From Opitutales bacterium (GTDB lineage Bacteria; Verrucomicrobiota; Verrucomicrobiia; Opitutales; JABSRG01): a DNA stretch of 47,217 nt. Position 1 is the stretch's first letter. Every line of letters starts with the position of its first letter. The stretch covers positions 1 to 47,217 of the forward strand of contig JBMYOQ010000028.1 in assembly GCA_049599475.1 (NCBI GenBank). The letters are read 5' to 3'. Below the pieces are notes generated by a model. The model saw nothing but the letters and a program-made list of their open reading frames with translations. It did not search any database and was not told the origin of the DNA. The position numbers were made by a program, and so were the translations under genes. Shown piece after piece: positions 46,801 to 47,217 of this stretch.

Positions 46801-47217
46801 ATGGACATATATGTAGGCAATTTGCCTTACGATCTGGAGGAATCCGAGCTTGAGCAAGCTTTCGGAGCATACGGTACGGTCGATAGCGTCAAAATCATCA
46901 AGGATTTTGAGACTGGCCGATCAAAGGGATTCGCATTCGTCGTAATGTCGAATGACGACGAAGCAAATGAAGCAATCAACAATCTGTCAGGCGCAGAGCT
47001 GGCAGGTCGCCCCATGAAAGTAAATGCTGCACGCCCCAAGGAGGATCGTCCTCCACGCCGCGATGGCGGTGGATACCGTGGCGGTCGCGAAGGCGGCGGC
47101 GGTGGTGGATACCGCGGCGGAGGCGGCGGCGGTGGATACCGTGGCGGTCGCGAAGGCGGCGGTGGCGGTGGATACCGTGGCGGTCGCGAAGGCGGCGGCG
47201 GTGGTGGATACCGCGGC
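46801..47217 (+). CDS. RRM RNA-binding protein with Gly-rich tail (partial; runs off the window and is absent from the ORF track)
   Basis: Translated by hand: MDIYVGNLPY (RNP2) ... TGRSKGFAFVVM (RNP1) ... GRPMKVNAARPKEDRPPRRDGGGYRGG. Confidence 0.93.
   Translation, partial: MDIYVGNLPYDLEESELEQAFGAYGTVDSVKIIKDFETGRSKGFAFVVMSNDDEANEAINNLSGAELAGRPMKVNAARPKEDRPPRRDGGGYRGGREGGGGGGYRGGGGGGGYRGGREGGGGGGYRGGREGGGGGGYRG
47065..47217 (+). repeat. Coding tandem repeat, 36-bp unit (YRGGREGGGGGG) with one 27-bp variant
   Basis: GGATACCG recurs at 47071, 47107, 47134, 47170 and 47206 (spacings 36, 27, 36, 36). Confidence 0.9.

Noticed and set aside
47065..47217. Regularly spaced repeats as a CRISPR array
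   Set aside because: No unique spacers, unit lengths are multiples of three, and they encode the Gly-rich tail. No cas genes are present.

Overview
Bacterial chromosome segment. Gene content suggests Verrucomicrobiota (Opitutales/Puniceicoccaceae-like), which is inference only. Left to right: (1) an AT-rich intergenic stretch and three type IV minor-pilin-like genes (PilV/PilW/PilX-like); (2) cysC-cysD-cysN, a PAPS-synthesis module with no cysH; (3) a WecA/MraY-family initiating transferase broken by an in-frame TAG; (4) a ~25 kb, mostly minus-strand surface-glycan locus with about 16 glycosyltransferase domains (8 GT4, 5 GT2, one GT10-like gene inverted inside the cluster, one GT-A/GT8-like, one GT-D-like), two acetyltransferases, two sulfotransferase domains, a Wzy-like membrane protein and a Wzm/Wzt ABC exporter, headed by a GbsR-family repressor and a NusG/RfaH paralog; (5) housekeeping genes: acs, msrA, an HxlR regulator, mnmA, a GH13 debranching enzyme, a mini-RNase III-like gene, rsmI, ppx, rpsP-trmD-rplS-rpmJ-rpmE, and an RRM protein that runs off the window end. 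The best candidate for a new system is a regulated sulfated-glycan locus. The same TTCA-N8-TGAA palindrome sits upstream of cysCDN and upstream of the GbsR-NusG pair 29 kb away, and a structured leader with an ops-like motif follows the NusG paralog. No rRNA, tRNA, CRISPR array or transposase was seen.
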